A DNA stretch of 64,000 nucleotides from Anthoceros angustus. Taxonomy: Eukaryota > Plantae > Anthocerotophyta. The translations under genes were made by a program, and so were the position numbers. The stretch spans positions 744,001 through 808,000 of the forward strand of contig MU008172.1 in the NCBI GenBank assembly GCA_010909165.1, in the 5' to 3' direction. A model generated the notes under the pieces. It saw nothing but the letters and a program-made list of their open reading frames with translations, had not been told where the DNA came from and did no database searches. Below, one piece after another: positions 22,344 through 34,739 of this stretch (its first letter is position 1; every line of letters begins with the position of its first letter).

Positions 22344-24727
22344 ATGCAGTCTTTGCAGAGCTCTAATACACGTCGCCTCGCCGCCATGAGCACAACTTTG
22401 AGGGCGTTGCTGCGACAATCGTGCTGTCCTGGGCTCGACTCAATCAGAAGTGTACGAACAGCGCAACTCGTTGCTCCCCAGCGAGCAGCAGCAGGACGAC
22501 AACCATGTTTGCTCGCAGCTCGATCAGCTGTTGGAGGGCCTGCCCATTCAGCCTCGGTAAGAGCTGGGTACGTTGGTCAGCCATCGCTCCTACCTGATCC
22601 TTTGTCAAGCCGCCATTCCGTGACAAGTGGTCACCTGCCTGTAGGTTGATTTGGCAGGAACACAAATGGCTCGGTTTGTTGATGGTATTTTGGGTGTACA
22701 GCAAGATGATGGGGATGGGAAAGCCTCTGCATCATCACAGATTATTTTCCTGGGGTCAGGCACGAGTGAGGGAGTTCCTCGGGTCAGTTGTCTGACAAAC
22801 AAGCAACAGAAATGTCCGGTGCGTTTCTAGCTTCTACTCATTGATTGTGGAGCTGCATGAGCATCACCCATGAGGGCCGTGCTATTCTTATCCTTCAAGG
22901 GCCTGGGTGGAAAGACAGGTGTGCTGGGCAGCTGTGGAACCTGGTAACAAGAATAGACGTCGAAATACAAGCCTCATGGTGCAATATGTCCCTGCAGATG
23001 GCACCAAATTCAACATTCTCATTGATGCTGGCAAGTATGAACCAATTTGATTCATCTCTAGTTGGTTCGTCGGACTGTTTTCTTTTGTCTCCATCTTCGG
23101 AGGGCCCTCCAAAAGTTTGGGCTCACGACACATGTTTCACTTACAGGGCTTGGCATTGCGCCGAATCTCTTTATGCAGGTTCTTTTATCATAGTGCACTC
23201 CAGTGGTTCCCCTACTATGGGTGTGTCCTCTGTTCTTTCCCCACCCGATGCTTCGAACAGCAGTACAGCACCGAGTTGGGCGAAGGATCTATACTGACCA
23301 GCTCTTGAACGTAATGCAGGATACGCAACCTCGATTCTGTAATAATAACTCATTCTCACGCAGATGCAGTTGGTGGTATGTTGGTGTTTATGCCAGCATG
23401 CTCCTATTCCCTGCCTTTCATGTTGACAGCAAATGCTGTGTGTTATGCCTTGGATGTGGAATGCCATTGTTGATTCAGTGTGCACTATGTCGTGCCAGGT
23501 CTTGATGATTTAAGGGATTGGACAAATAATGTGCAGAGTTCCATCCCAATATATGTCACTCAGAAAGATGTCGAGGTCAGAGATTCATATCCGGTCACCT
23601 GTATCATGGACCTTTGCATCGTTCTCATTCCAAGCTTGCTTTCTGGCTATCCAACCTTTTCTCTGCTGCTGGTCTCATGTGGGACGGGCCAGGTTCTTGC
23701 AAAAACCCATTACTACTTGGTGGACACAAATGTGATTACAGCCGGTACTGCTGTGTCTAAGTTGCAATTTAAGCTTATTGATGAGAAACCTTTTAATGTG
23801 CATGGACTTGAAGTAAGTTTATGGAAAGTTGTCATACAAGTGGAGCTTCATTTTAAGGAATCTTCAGGCGTTTTCTTCTCAATGCTTGCTGAAATTCATG
23901 GATTGCTGTCGAACAGGTTATACCACTACCAGTTTGGCATGGGCCAGGTTATCGTTCACTTGGCTTTCGCATGGGAAACGTGTGCTATATAAGGTAGGCT
24001 GCATAGCTCTCATTAGTGTAACGCAGCAGTGCGCCGTTTACAAGTTCTCAGACTTAAACTTTCGGTTGGTGCAGCGACGTAAGTGAGATCCCAGAGGAGA
24101 CCTACCCACTTTTGCAGAACTGTGACCTTTTGATACTGGTAAGTCTTCTCATTGTTTGAAGGCCTTAATTGTTAAGTGATTTGTTGAGTGTGTTCTGGTT
24201 GTAACCGTAGCGATGATAGACTCGTTGATATCGTGTTCCTGCTTGGTCTCTCACTCATTTTGGGCTTCTTCTATCATACCTACTCTGCAAGAATGAATCC
24301 TGCTTACACCCGATCTACGTCTTCTGCAGGATGCTCTCAGACCAGATAGGTCAAGCGTGTCACATTTCGGTGTACCACAGGTGAGGTCCGCTTGAAGAAC
24401 AAGTCAGTTGTCCTTTTTGTTCGTCTGCTTAATCGGTCCTACTGCTCCTTGAAAGGCCTTGAGAGAAATCCGGAAAATTCGCCCCAAACGGACTCTTCTG
24501 ACAGGTACGGGATACCAGAGTGCAAGAAAAGAACTATACGCTAACTCCTTCTGCCGTTCAGTATGGTGCAGTTGTATAAGCAAGCGTTGATTGAAATTCT
24601 CTTGGCAGGGATGATGCACACCATGGACCATGAAGGCATAAATCGGCAGCTCGCACCGCTCCTGACCCGAGAGGGTATTGATGTGCAACTGAGCTATGAT
24701 GGGATGCGGATTCAGGTGCCTCTGTAG
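22344..24727 (+). CDS. PhnP-like metallo-beta-lactamase-fold hydrolase with probable organellar transit peptide; about 12 exons
   Basis: IIFLGSGTSEGVPRVSC...C..C...NRRRNTS, ILIDAGK, IITHSHADAVGGLDDLR (HxHxD motif), PVWHG, YISDVS, LILDAL, SHF, GMMHTMDH, QLSYDGMRI. Arg/Ala/Ser-rich N-terminus; start 22344 or 22386. Confidence 0.92.
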
Positions 24728-24894
24728 TATCCATGTGCGGTGACCCATCTACGACGCCCGCCTGCCAGTGTATGTGGCAGATTCAGACGCGGCGTTCCGT
24801 GCTAATTCTGGCACCAATTAATTCAGAATTGCAGCTCTTACCTGCTAACAGTGAGCGGGCCTGTGCTATGCCAAACCGGTCGTTTTTGTTCACC

Positions 24895-27800
24895 TTATGT
24901 CCTTGACGTGGAATCTGTTCCTTGGACGGCGACGGTTGTTTCAGCGTCTGCGGAGGGAGGTGGTTGTTTTGGCCGTATGTACCCTGGTCTGCCGATGTTG
25001 ATTGCCCAGTCAGCTGCTTCAGCCTCAGCCTTTTTGGCCAGCAACTCTAAAGCCTTGGCCTCAGGGCTGCCTGGTAGAGGGGGGGATGGCTCGATTTTCC
25101 TGAGGAGAATGGATGCAAGATATGCCTTCTTCTCTGCATAAGTGGTGTATGGAGGTTTCCACACACCAGCCTTCTTGAATACCTTGGTCAGGAAAGTGCG
25201 CAGGAAAGCCTGCTCAGAGACCCGCACAGGAAATGTCATCCTGTACAGACGATGGGAAGCTGCAAGCAGGAACTGCAAGAACAAGAAGGGAACTCAATAC
25301 CCACAAAAAAACACATCTGCTCTGGTGACCGGATATGCATTTAACAAAAAAAACTGATCATGACTACCCGTCGAAGCTCTTCAACTCCGAATGCTAGAAT
25401 AGGCCGTTCCTCCGTGTTGTCGCTGGGCTTCTACATACATTTTCAAAACTTAGTCTCACCAGCCGACAATCAGAGATATCCACGCTCTCCCTGAACCAAT
25501 ACGTACCACCGCAGTATCAAATGCGTAGCATATGAGAAGTGCAACTGCTGGAGGGTTCCAGTGATCTCCAACGACGAGCCATTTCTGTTTCATTGACAGA
25601 AAACCAGTTATCAATATGCTGTCGCTGCAAACCCAATGAAAGACAACTAGATGTGACAAGAGACAATGTCGGGCATCTTGAGTTGTCTACGCCTTCGCAT
25701 ACATAAAACCAGTGAGAGAGACCAGACCTTGAAGTGTGGCACAATATGCTTGAGAAGCACATATTTGGGAGAAGGTCCTAAAGCATCCTTTGGGTGACAC
25801 GAACTAAGGCAAGTTTGTAGCAGCTCCTTATTGGCTTCCAGCACCACCTACACAGAAAGACATGCTGTCAGCAGGAAAGTTCAGCATTCGAAGAAACCAT
25901 CTACTGAGCTGATAGGGAAGACAAGGACTCATGACCATTGACAGAGGAACATCGCATTGCCTCAAGCTGTCCACTTCCTTCGTCACCGATTCAACAAACT
26001 TCGGAAGAAGGATGTGCTCAACAAGATGTGCCACCTATGTCAATCCCGCATGAGAGAGCACTTTACTGCTCACAGAGAATGGAGAGAAATAAAGCACGTG
26101 AGCCCTTGACCACACTTTGTTCTACCTTTTCAGAAAGATTGCATAGCTCTCCATCACCACCCAAACTTTTTAATCCCTCCAAGTACCCAATCTCAAAAAA
26201 ATCGTCATCGTCAATGTAAAGCGCTGCACAGGGCTCAAGCTGGAATTTATAATACAGACACTAGATCCACCTGGATGCAAACTGACTGCACCACGGAGTT
26301 TCATTGCACAGGGATCAACGGTGTTACCACAAGACAGCAGTACAAGTATGGGAAAAAATCCAAATGAAGTGAGCTGGAAGTCTCCCTTCCGCTTTTTGCT
26401 CAGCACTACTTTCAGAAAACAGTTTCTGATGTGGTCCTCTGCAGCGGAATGCAAAGACATCACACACTATGCAAAACCAGGACTTGAGCCCTGTCACCCT
26501 CATGTCGCCATGAACCTCAATGGCATGCACCAGCAAGTAATGTTTCACTGAAGCCTAATCACCATGAAACATTCGTAAATTAGCCAACCAGGACCGAAGA
26601 GCTTGCCTCTTAAGGTTGATGGCGGTATTTGCAAATCATGGAAAATCTGAGTGAATTGATCCTAAAAGCAATAAGCAGAGAAGGTCATAATCTTGAACAG
26701 ATGAAACAATATGACTGAAGTGCAGCATGGACCACCTAAAGATGACCACACAGCGATTGCTATTCAGGTGGACATACAATGTTAAGAACACCAAAATCTT
26801 TGCTTTCGAGTTCCTTTCCTTGGGCTGAATACCATATAATAAACAGTTGCAAACTTCCTGCGGTAAAACAAGAGCATCTCTTCTTCAACTTGACGTCTAG
26901 GGTCAGGCACACAATATCTTACCAAACATGCAAATATTTACTTGAGTGATGAGCCAAGTGTTCCTTTATGACTATTAACTCATCCTCAATGTACTCCTCC
27001 TCCCTCTCTCCTGCATGCGCTCTGACAACATTCTCGAGCCTGTATTTTCCCCAGTCTACATGGAAATCAACATGTCAAAACAGCTGACTGGCAGTAGGAA
27101 TCCAACAACTCAGTAAGGAAAACTAGCCTGACGAGTCTTTGCTAAGTACTATACATGAAGTCTTCCAAATCCAGTTAAACTTACTAAGCGTTGATAAAGT
27201 GTTGAAGGATGCTCTGAATACTTCGTCCCAATCTCGTGGGATGTATACTGTCTCCGATATAAACGGCTGTCCATCTGGCAGCAGCAGAGGCACTGGTTCT
27301 CCTTCTGGTCCAACAAGTGGGAAGGGAAGTCCATCAGGATCGAGGAGAGGTATTGGGATGTGGCGCGGAAAGGAAAGCCTGTTAGCCGAAAGTTGCCCAT
27401 CTGTGCCGACAACCGCAATGGGTTCTCCCTCTGGTCCTGTCAAATTAATTGGTTGCCCATCCAAGCCTAGAATAGGAACAGCAATTGGGGCAGGAGGAAC
27501 AGCTTCGTCGATTCCCTGGACAGGATCCGGAGCAACTGCACAGAATGTTATGCAACTTTCAGCACATCGAAGAAAGGCCAAATGACATCACTGACGGTGT
27601 CGAGGAAAACCAAACATGTACACACCTGAGGGTTTGTCTGATTCCTTGAACTCTTGAACAGAAGGGGCACCGGCAAACCTAACTCTAGGTTCTCTAGTTG
27701 TCCCCTGCTTGTTCACATCTTCAGAAGGGCTTAAAATGCTTGATCCGAATCTGGAATCTCTTTCAATGTTCTTATCTTGGTTTGCAACAGAAGGCTCTTC

Positions 27801-28979
27801 TTGAAAAGGTTCTTCTTGAAGAGGCTCAATGATATCGCCTTCCTCGTTGGCAATCTCATCCTCCTCTAGTTTCTCATTCACAACAACTACTCTTTCTTGC
27901 TGCAGACGCCCATGATAGCACGGACAGCCGATTAGTCAGAGAAAGAAGACCTACGCAGTCAGGAGTTGCAAGCTTGCAATTGCCGTACCAGCTCAACAAT
28001 CCTCCTAAGGAGCGCTTCTGTGTCCACCTCACCTGAAGGAGCAAGTTTAGGGCATTTAAGATGACAGAATGGCATCCTTTCTCATAAATAACCCATTGCC
28101 TCCCAGAGAATGCCATGGAACAGACTTCGCCTGATGGTTCTGACCAAGAGAGAACATAATCGAGGTGGCCCGCTTTATGATGGTTTTCAGAGCCTCCATG
28201 CTTGTATAATCCTCTGGGGGCGTTGCCTCCCAAGCCTCTGTGAATGCCAACGGCCCATCTGGACAAGACGGAATGTTGCACCGGTGGGACAGGACCAACA
28301 AATCCAAATCAGCAGTGAAGTACACCTACAGTAAGCCAGAAAAGCCGTTCAAGGCCAGAAAGCTGTGTGTCTCACTTGAAAATTCTACGTCCAACGTAGG
28401 GTTCTGATCTTTCAAAAGCTTGCAGATGATCTTTTCTGGATTCAAAACCTTCCCATCCTGCCGAGCCATGCAACCTTAGCTCTCTGTGCAAGACCTGGAG
28501 TTCCTAGCTGAAATTAGACTGCATTGGGAATTTTACTTTGTTTTTCACTGCTTGAGGAACATATTTAGCGGTCGCATCTCCTGGGGGGGTGTCAAGTACA
28601 TCCGTGATCAGTAAACAATAAAGCATGAAGCACCGCCTGGTCCAAGATTGGGGTGAGCCATGGCACCGGTACCTCGTAGGAAAGCCAAGTGAGAACAGGC
28701 AGCGAAACCCAACCAGCGAAGGCTCTGATGTCCATCTCCGCAGGGAACCGGAACAGACCAAGATAGTGAGGCCGGATCTGGCAGCTCCCCAGGCTGTAGC
28801 ATCTGCCTTAGAACAACCTAGCAGGACGTGAAAGAGTCTTGTAAATTTTGAACTGGGCGAGTTGGACTGGGGATGAAGGAGTTCAACGGCGTGCCACTAA
28901 CGTTGACAACCCACTTGCATCGCTGTGGGGATGGCGTGGCCTTAGCAGGCTCATCGGCAGATCCGGGTTCGACCTGCAT
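24895..28979 (-). CDS. Uncharacterised large multi-exon protein
   Basis: Series of open segments bounded by AG/GT, e.g. MQVEPGSADEPAK, VYFTADLDLLVLSHRC, PIAVPILGLDGQP...VYIPRDWDE, DDDDFFEIGYLEGL, and a terminal FLLAASHRLYRMTFP...TSRT*. No family recognised; exon map incomplete. Confidence 0.7.
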
Positions 28980-30590
28980 TTTGATTCTCTTAACAATCGC
29001 ACGGCATCATTTTTCATTCGTCGGTAATCTCCTCTGTCCCAATATTCCGAGCATCTCGATCAAACAACATCGAGGCAAGATGAGGTCATTCATAGCAATA
29101 CAAGCCCATCCCGCGCATTTGGGGCCCCCGCCCACGTCTCCCCCGGGAAGAAGACGTTTAAAAGTTCACATTAAATAGTTAGACTATATTAATGATTATA
29201 GATCAAACTAGGTCGGCACTGAAATTGCAGTATACCTAATAAGCCTGTCATGGAGGAAACAGAAACTATGTTTATAAAGCCGACGTCATTTATAAAAGTA
29301 CAATGAGCAGGTTCATGGAGGAGAGGAGCTCCGCGTCTAGAAACCAAGTGGATTATAAGCTCATCAAAACAAGACTTATCACTTTTTACGTTTTCAAGAA
29401 TTAAAAGAGAAGTATAGATAACAGGGCAATAATAGGAGGAAGAAGACTCCTTGGCTCACGTTATCACATTGCTTATCTCTTTGACAATGATGTCCATAAC
29501 AATATCCTAGTATGATCCAAAATAATTGATGCTTTCCAACAAAACTTGAATAATATATTTTTAAGAAAATAAGAATAATACAAATGTGCCTTGAAAAATG
29601 TTCCTTTGGTATCCCTCAAACTGTCTTATGGTAGATGGGTTTATCCCATCTTTATGGAGGTTTACTTTCTCCTTGAAAAAAGAGAATATTTTTCACCTTT
29701 AAGAGTCTTTACTATCAAACAAATATATATTTGATTATTCAATATAAATGTGAAACTTAAATAAAGCTATTGAGTTATAGATTGACATCACTTAGATAAA
29801 AATTGTAATACTAGTCGCATGGTATGTTAGGCGTGTTCTTTCTTCCACCCTCTTATTTATATAAATGAAGAGTAGACAAGATACGAGGATCCATATAGTT
29901 GTCTAGTGCAGGAATGTCATTTCATGTAACCTCAAGTAATTAGATTTTAATACATATATATACAGATAGCAAATAATATAAATTTATTTTAAAAATAGAT
30001 TAGTTTAAAATTAACTATTTAATGATATTTATTAAATAATTTTTTAACCAAGAATATTTTCCAAAATATTAAAATTGCTACCTAATGGAGAGAGAAGCCG
30101 TTATTAGCAGCCAACTCAAAAAAGCACAACCAAGCCGTTCAAACATAGGGAGTAGGTAGAGAAAATACTAGGTAGCTAATAAAATATTATTGCCTACTAT
30201 GGAAGTACTGTAATTTTTGGGATCTGAAGCGGACAATGATGCGCAGCTACCTACATGCTACCTACATACATAGAAGGGAAGGGCACAGGCATGAAAAGCA
30301 GAGAAACGCGAGCAGTGAACAGTCCAGGTCAGTCCAGTCCTGTCCAGTCCTGTCCAGTCCGGCTGAAGGGGGAGTCTTGGGCCGGCAGACCTAAGGCTGG
30401 AATAACTGCCGTGTGCCCCGGCTTCAACCGCCTTCGTCGCTGTCCGCCGCGCTCTCAATCTCGCGTTCTTCCACGGGAGTGATCACCGGTAACAGCACAT
30501 CGTTGGAAACGAGCATGAGCTGGATGTGTTATCTACAGACTCTGAACTGAGCCGAAAAGGAAGAAAAAATTTTCCGGGAGCAGGATCAAA

Positions 30591-32085
30591 ATGGCTGTGG
30601 TTGGGAACGGCCACCGAGGGGAGAAGCCGTGGGAATCCACTGGGCGGGGCACTACAGCTGGCCGCTTGCTGTTCTCGCTTTACAATGGCTGTGCAGAAGC
30701 GCGCCAGAAAGGCAATGAATACTCACTGCATAACAAAATCGAAATCCTGCGACGTCTTGCGAACAAGGAGGCCAATCCAGGTGACCAGTCCACAGCACCC
30801 GACGCACATGAGCAGAACAGTCTTTCAACTTCATACCGTGTGGACACAAAACATTGCTAATGGTTTGAAAGTTGATTTGGCGTTGTGACAGATACGAGGT
30901 TTTACAGACCGCCGCCCAAGGTACCTGAAGCCTGCATTATGTCGTGTTGGATGAATGGCAGATGGGCCGGAGTCTGAGATGAACATAGGCATGGGATGGG
31001 GCAGAAACCCGTGGTGAAAGTGCCTAAGTTCAGAATCAAGCGGCCAGAATTTGATGAAATGGAGGAGTACCATGCGTATCGGCCGGGCAAAAGAAATGCA
31101 GCCCTGATTGTGGAGAGGATGAGGGAGGACTATAACAATATGGGACCTCCGCCGGTGCCCTCCAGTGAGTACACCAGCTAGCAGCTAGCGCAGGTTGCAG
31201 GTTTGTTTAGCTCAAGTCAGACTGCATGTCGCTGCTGAGCAAACTAGGGTTTGGGATGGTGTGCCAGAACCACCCATCGGTCCCAAGGAGAAAGAGAGGC
31301 TGCAAAAGATTATGGAATGGGCTGGTCGGGATTTCAAGGTGTGGCTCTTGGAGCTGTGACATGGGGATCCGTAGTTCCATACAACATCTGTGGTTCGGAT
31401 TGCTTCCTTCCTAACTTCCTTGCGCATGTACGACAGGAATCAGACGTGAAAGTGAGGGAACCACCACGACGGATTGTGAAGGGGTCCATTGAGGATCACG
31501 AGATACTCCTGGACAAGAGTACGCCTACTCCCTCCAATAGCACCTTGCTGCTACTACAGGAGCCGGCGGCCTAGCTTACGAGAACTGACCGTGTAAACCT
31601 GGCAGTTGCTGGAGAGATATCAGAGCGTGAGGTATTTTTAAGAGACATGATGCAGCTGGGGAGGCTGGACAGATATCAAGACCAAATTCTGCGGGAGATT
31701 GACGAGGTAGGTTTCCTGCGCCATGTGTTGTGCTCGCATGGAAACCTGAAAGCTTTAATGCGCATGCTGTCATGCCATGGCGAGGCAAGGCAAGACTTGC
31801 TTTCCTGTCGTGAGCTGCACTTTCGATGCCGATTCACGTCGTCTCGCACACAGCGATCCACACTTTTTTAATAAATGACTTTGGTTGCCGCTCCCTGTAA
31901 AGTGGTGGTTTTGGGAAGTCATGGAAGGTCGGGCTCCGACGGTGGACTTTGACCGAGTTGTGGTGTTGTGGTTTGCCAAATGTTAACAGAGGGTGAAGCA
32001 GATGAAGCTGCTGCACGAGACCATCCAGCAGCAGGAACAAGCACAGATTGCCAGGTCTATGAGGGCCCAGAATCGACAAAGCTAG
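30591..32085 (+). CDS. UPF0193 / EVG1 (C22orf23)-like protein; 7 exons
   Basis: In-phase splicing 30591-30780, 30892-30920, 31005-31164, 31268-31338, 31437-31518, 31606-31706, 31990-32085 gives KEKERLQKIMEW and IAGEISEREVFLRDMMQLGRLDRYQDQILREIDERVKQMKLL. These resemble the recalled EVG1 motifs EKEKQRLQ and EIQERKEFLADMEALG...EISQKLREM. Confidence 0.75.
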
Positions 32086-33182
32086 ACGAGAAACCTAGCC
32101 TTGTGTAGAGTTGGAAAGATAGGTAGCTAGTAGCTGTAGGGGTAAAAAGGTGTACACCAAATTGTTTGTTTTGGTATGATATGCGAGCAAACAAGAAGAA
32201 GCAAACAAGAAGAGTTGCCTTAGTTGTTGACAGATTGGTCTTGAAATCGCAATCCAAAGATGCTGAATCCTTTGTTTCATTGACCTATGCCATGGAGGAA
32301 GGCTTCCGATGCTGGGCCCGTCGTGGTATGCATAGTAAACGGAGGCGAAGCTATAACAGAGCAGATCCTGGGCCGTGGCCGGGGCCGGGATTGGTGGTTC
32401 AGGCACTATGTGTGTCGGCTCCCAAGGCGAAGATCCGGCCCTGTAATCGCCAGCGGCAGCAGGGGCAGCGGGCACGCTTCTTGATGAGAAAGCTACGTTC
32501 CTCACCAAAACCGGAATCCGCCCTTGGAGCAGCGAGAGAATGATACGGGGAAGGCGAATCTAATACGTAGCGCGTAGCGCGTGCCTTGAACGTCGGGTCT
32601 GGCTGGACATCGGGGGCGTCTCATGGCTAGTGATTTGCAGGCTGCAGGATCTGGAGTTGAGAGGAAGGAAGGAAGCATCGGCCACAGAGCCGCGCATGTC
32701 CCTCCAAATTTTTGCAACTGCAGGTTCCTCCAGCCCTGGCGTGGGCCTGGCCTGCCCCAGTTTCAAGCTCCCCTGCACTTGCCCCGAGGCAGCGGTGTGG
32801 TTGTTCCAACTAAGTTCCAAGCTCACACAACACAAGGTGTTTCAAAACACTCAATTCCACTGACCGGAAGGCTGAAATCAGCCAATCAGCCCAGGTGCTG
32901 ACACACCGCTTTCCCACATTCTTACTACTTGAACGCGGTGTGCGGCTGGCCCAGCGCCCATAAACGAACTTCGTCTTGGGCTCCCTCTCCTCCTCCTCCA
33001 GCTTGCAGCTTCAAATCCTCCTCCGCAAAAGGAAGCCATGGAGTGTGCGCAGGTCCTGGACAGAAGATGTGGAGAGCAAAGCACGAGGCTCCGCAGACCG
33101 ATAATCACCAGCTTCAGCATGTAAGGTCGCACGCGCTGAGGCAAGCTTGCGCAAGCTTGCTTTCCGGTGGCGGGGCGCAAGC

Positions 33183-34459
33183 ATGGGCGCGTCCTCCAGA
33201 TCATCCCGCTCGTCCCCCAACTTCCTCGCCGGCTTCTTTGTTGCTGCGGTAATTCAGTGAGCGCCAGCAACCAATTCAATTTCATTCATCGTCGTCATGG
33301 TGATTGTCCTCGGCAGACCAGAAGCTTTGTAATATCATGTACGCGACGGTGACAGGGACTGACGATTGTGGGTGCGACGTTGACGACAGGTATGGCGGGC
33401 AGCCTTTGCAGAGTTCGCAGCAACGTTAGCAGTGGACTTCTTGAGCTACACGGCGGTAACGGCCATCCTGAATTCCCACTTCTCGCATCCCACAATCCTG
33501 TGCAGCCTGGTGCACATCCCCATCCACTCCTTCGGGCTAATGGCCGCCATGCCAGCCTCCGGCGCACATCTCAACCCGTGCATCAGCCTGACGGCTCTCC
33601 TCACAGGCCAAGCCTCCTTCGCCCGCACGGTGCTCTACGTCTCTGCGCAGTCGTGCGCCGCCGTGGTGGCGGCCATCAGCGCCCAGATGGTGGTGTCCCC
33701 GGAGGTGGCGGCCAAATTCTATCTGGGAGGGTGCATGTTTGAGATGCCCGGTCCCCCGGGCCCCGACGGCCATTCCACCACATCAGGTGCGCATGCAATG
33801 CGCGCACTCACTCACAGTGGTGAGAGTTTGACACAAGCGTGACTGACCCATAACCATAATTGTGGCGTGCAGGACTGAGCCCCGACGCAGGCTTCCTGTC
33901 CGAGTTCATGTACAGCCTCATCTTCGTCTACCTCTCCTACTTCATCGCCGTGGACCCGAAGCAGCTGGGAGTGGCGGGGCCGGTCGGGGGCCCCTTTCTG
34001 CTGGGCGGGATATTGGCGCTGCTCATCTTCATCTCGGGCTCCATGATGGAGGCTTACAGCGGCGCGGGGCTGAACCCGGCGCGCTGCCTGGGCCCGGCTG
34101 TGGTGCTGGGCACCAAAGAGCCTCTCATGTGGGACAACCATTGGACCGTCTGGTGGCTGGCCCCCGCGCTCGCCAGCGTCGTCGTGGCCGCCATCTACAA
34201 TTCGGTGCCTCCACATCACCTGGACACGTACGCCAATCGGCAAGCTCTCGTCCATCGCCTAAGCGACAGGCTACGTCCCCCCGGCCCGGCCGGAGGCCAT
34301 GACGACCAGGACGATGCGAAACAACACCAACACCAACACGGCAGCGGCAAAGGAGGCTCCGACGCCACCGCTTTCTCTGCCACTGCCAGAGTCCTTCCGC
34401 TTCCTCCCAACTGTCATGTCTTTACAAATTCATCCGCCATCTTGAGCAGCATTGTGTAA
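33183..34459 (+). CDS. XIP: X intrinsic protein (XIP) aquaporin; exons about 33183-33248, 33390-33786, 33873-34459 (first exon uncertain)
   Basis: VWRAAFAEF in helix 1, SGAHLNPC (variant first NPA), loop C LGGC, GAGLNPARCLGPA, HWTVWWLAP. These are the diagnostic XIP motifs. Confidence 0.9.
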
Positions 34460-34739
34460 TTCCTTGTGGACACCACCTTCCAAATGTGACAACACTTTTG
34501 CTTGTGTCGCCGCAGGCGAGCTCTGACACACCTCACCTCACCTTGCCTCGCTCCTTGATTGTTTTGGGGAGGAGGGGGCTTGTTCGCATGTCCACCCTTC
34601 TCACTTACTATCACCCACCACCACAGCTTCCCTCATCGTCTCTACAACTTATGGCATGCTAACAATCTCCTCTAAATTTCGTGCAAAGATTGACACATGA
34701 TGTACATGTTATCACAAATGTGTAAAATGTAAAATGTCG

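Noticed and set aside
32095-33180. ORFs between the EVG1-like gene and XIP
   Set aside because: No homology; probably UTR/promoter, although extra XIP 5' exons cannot be excluded
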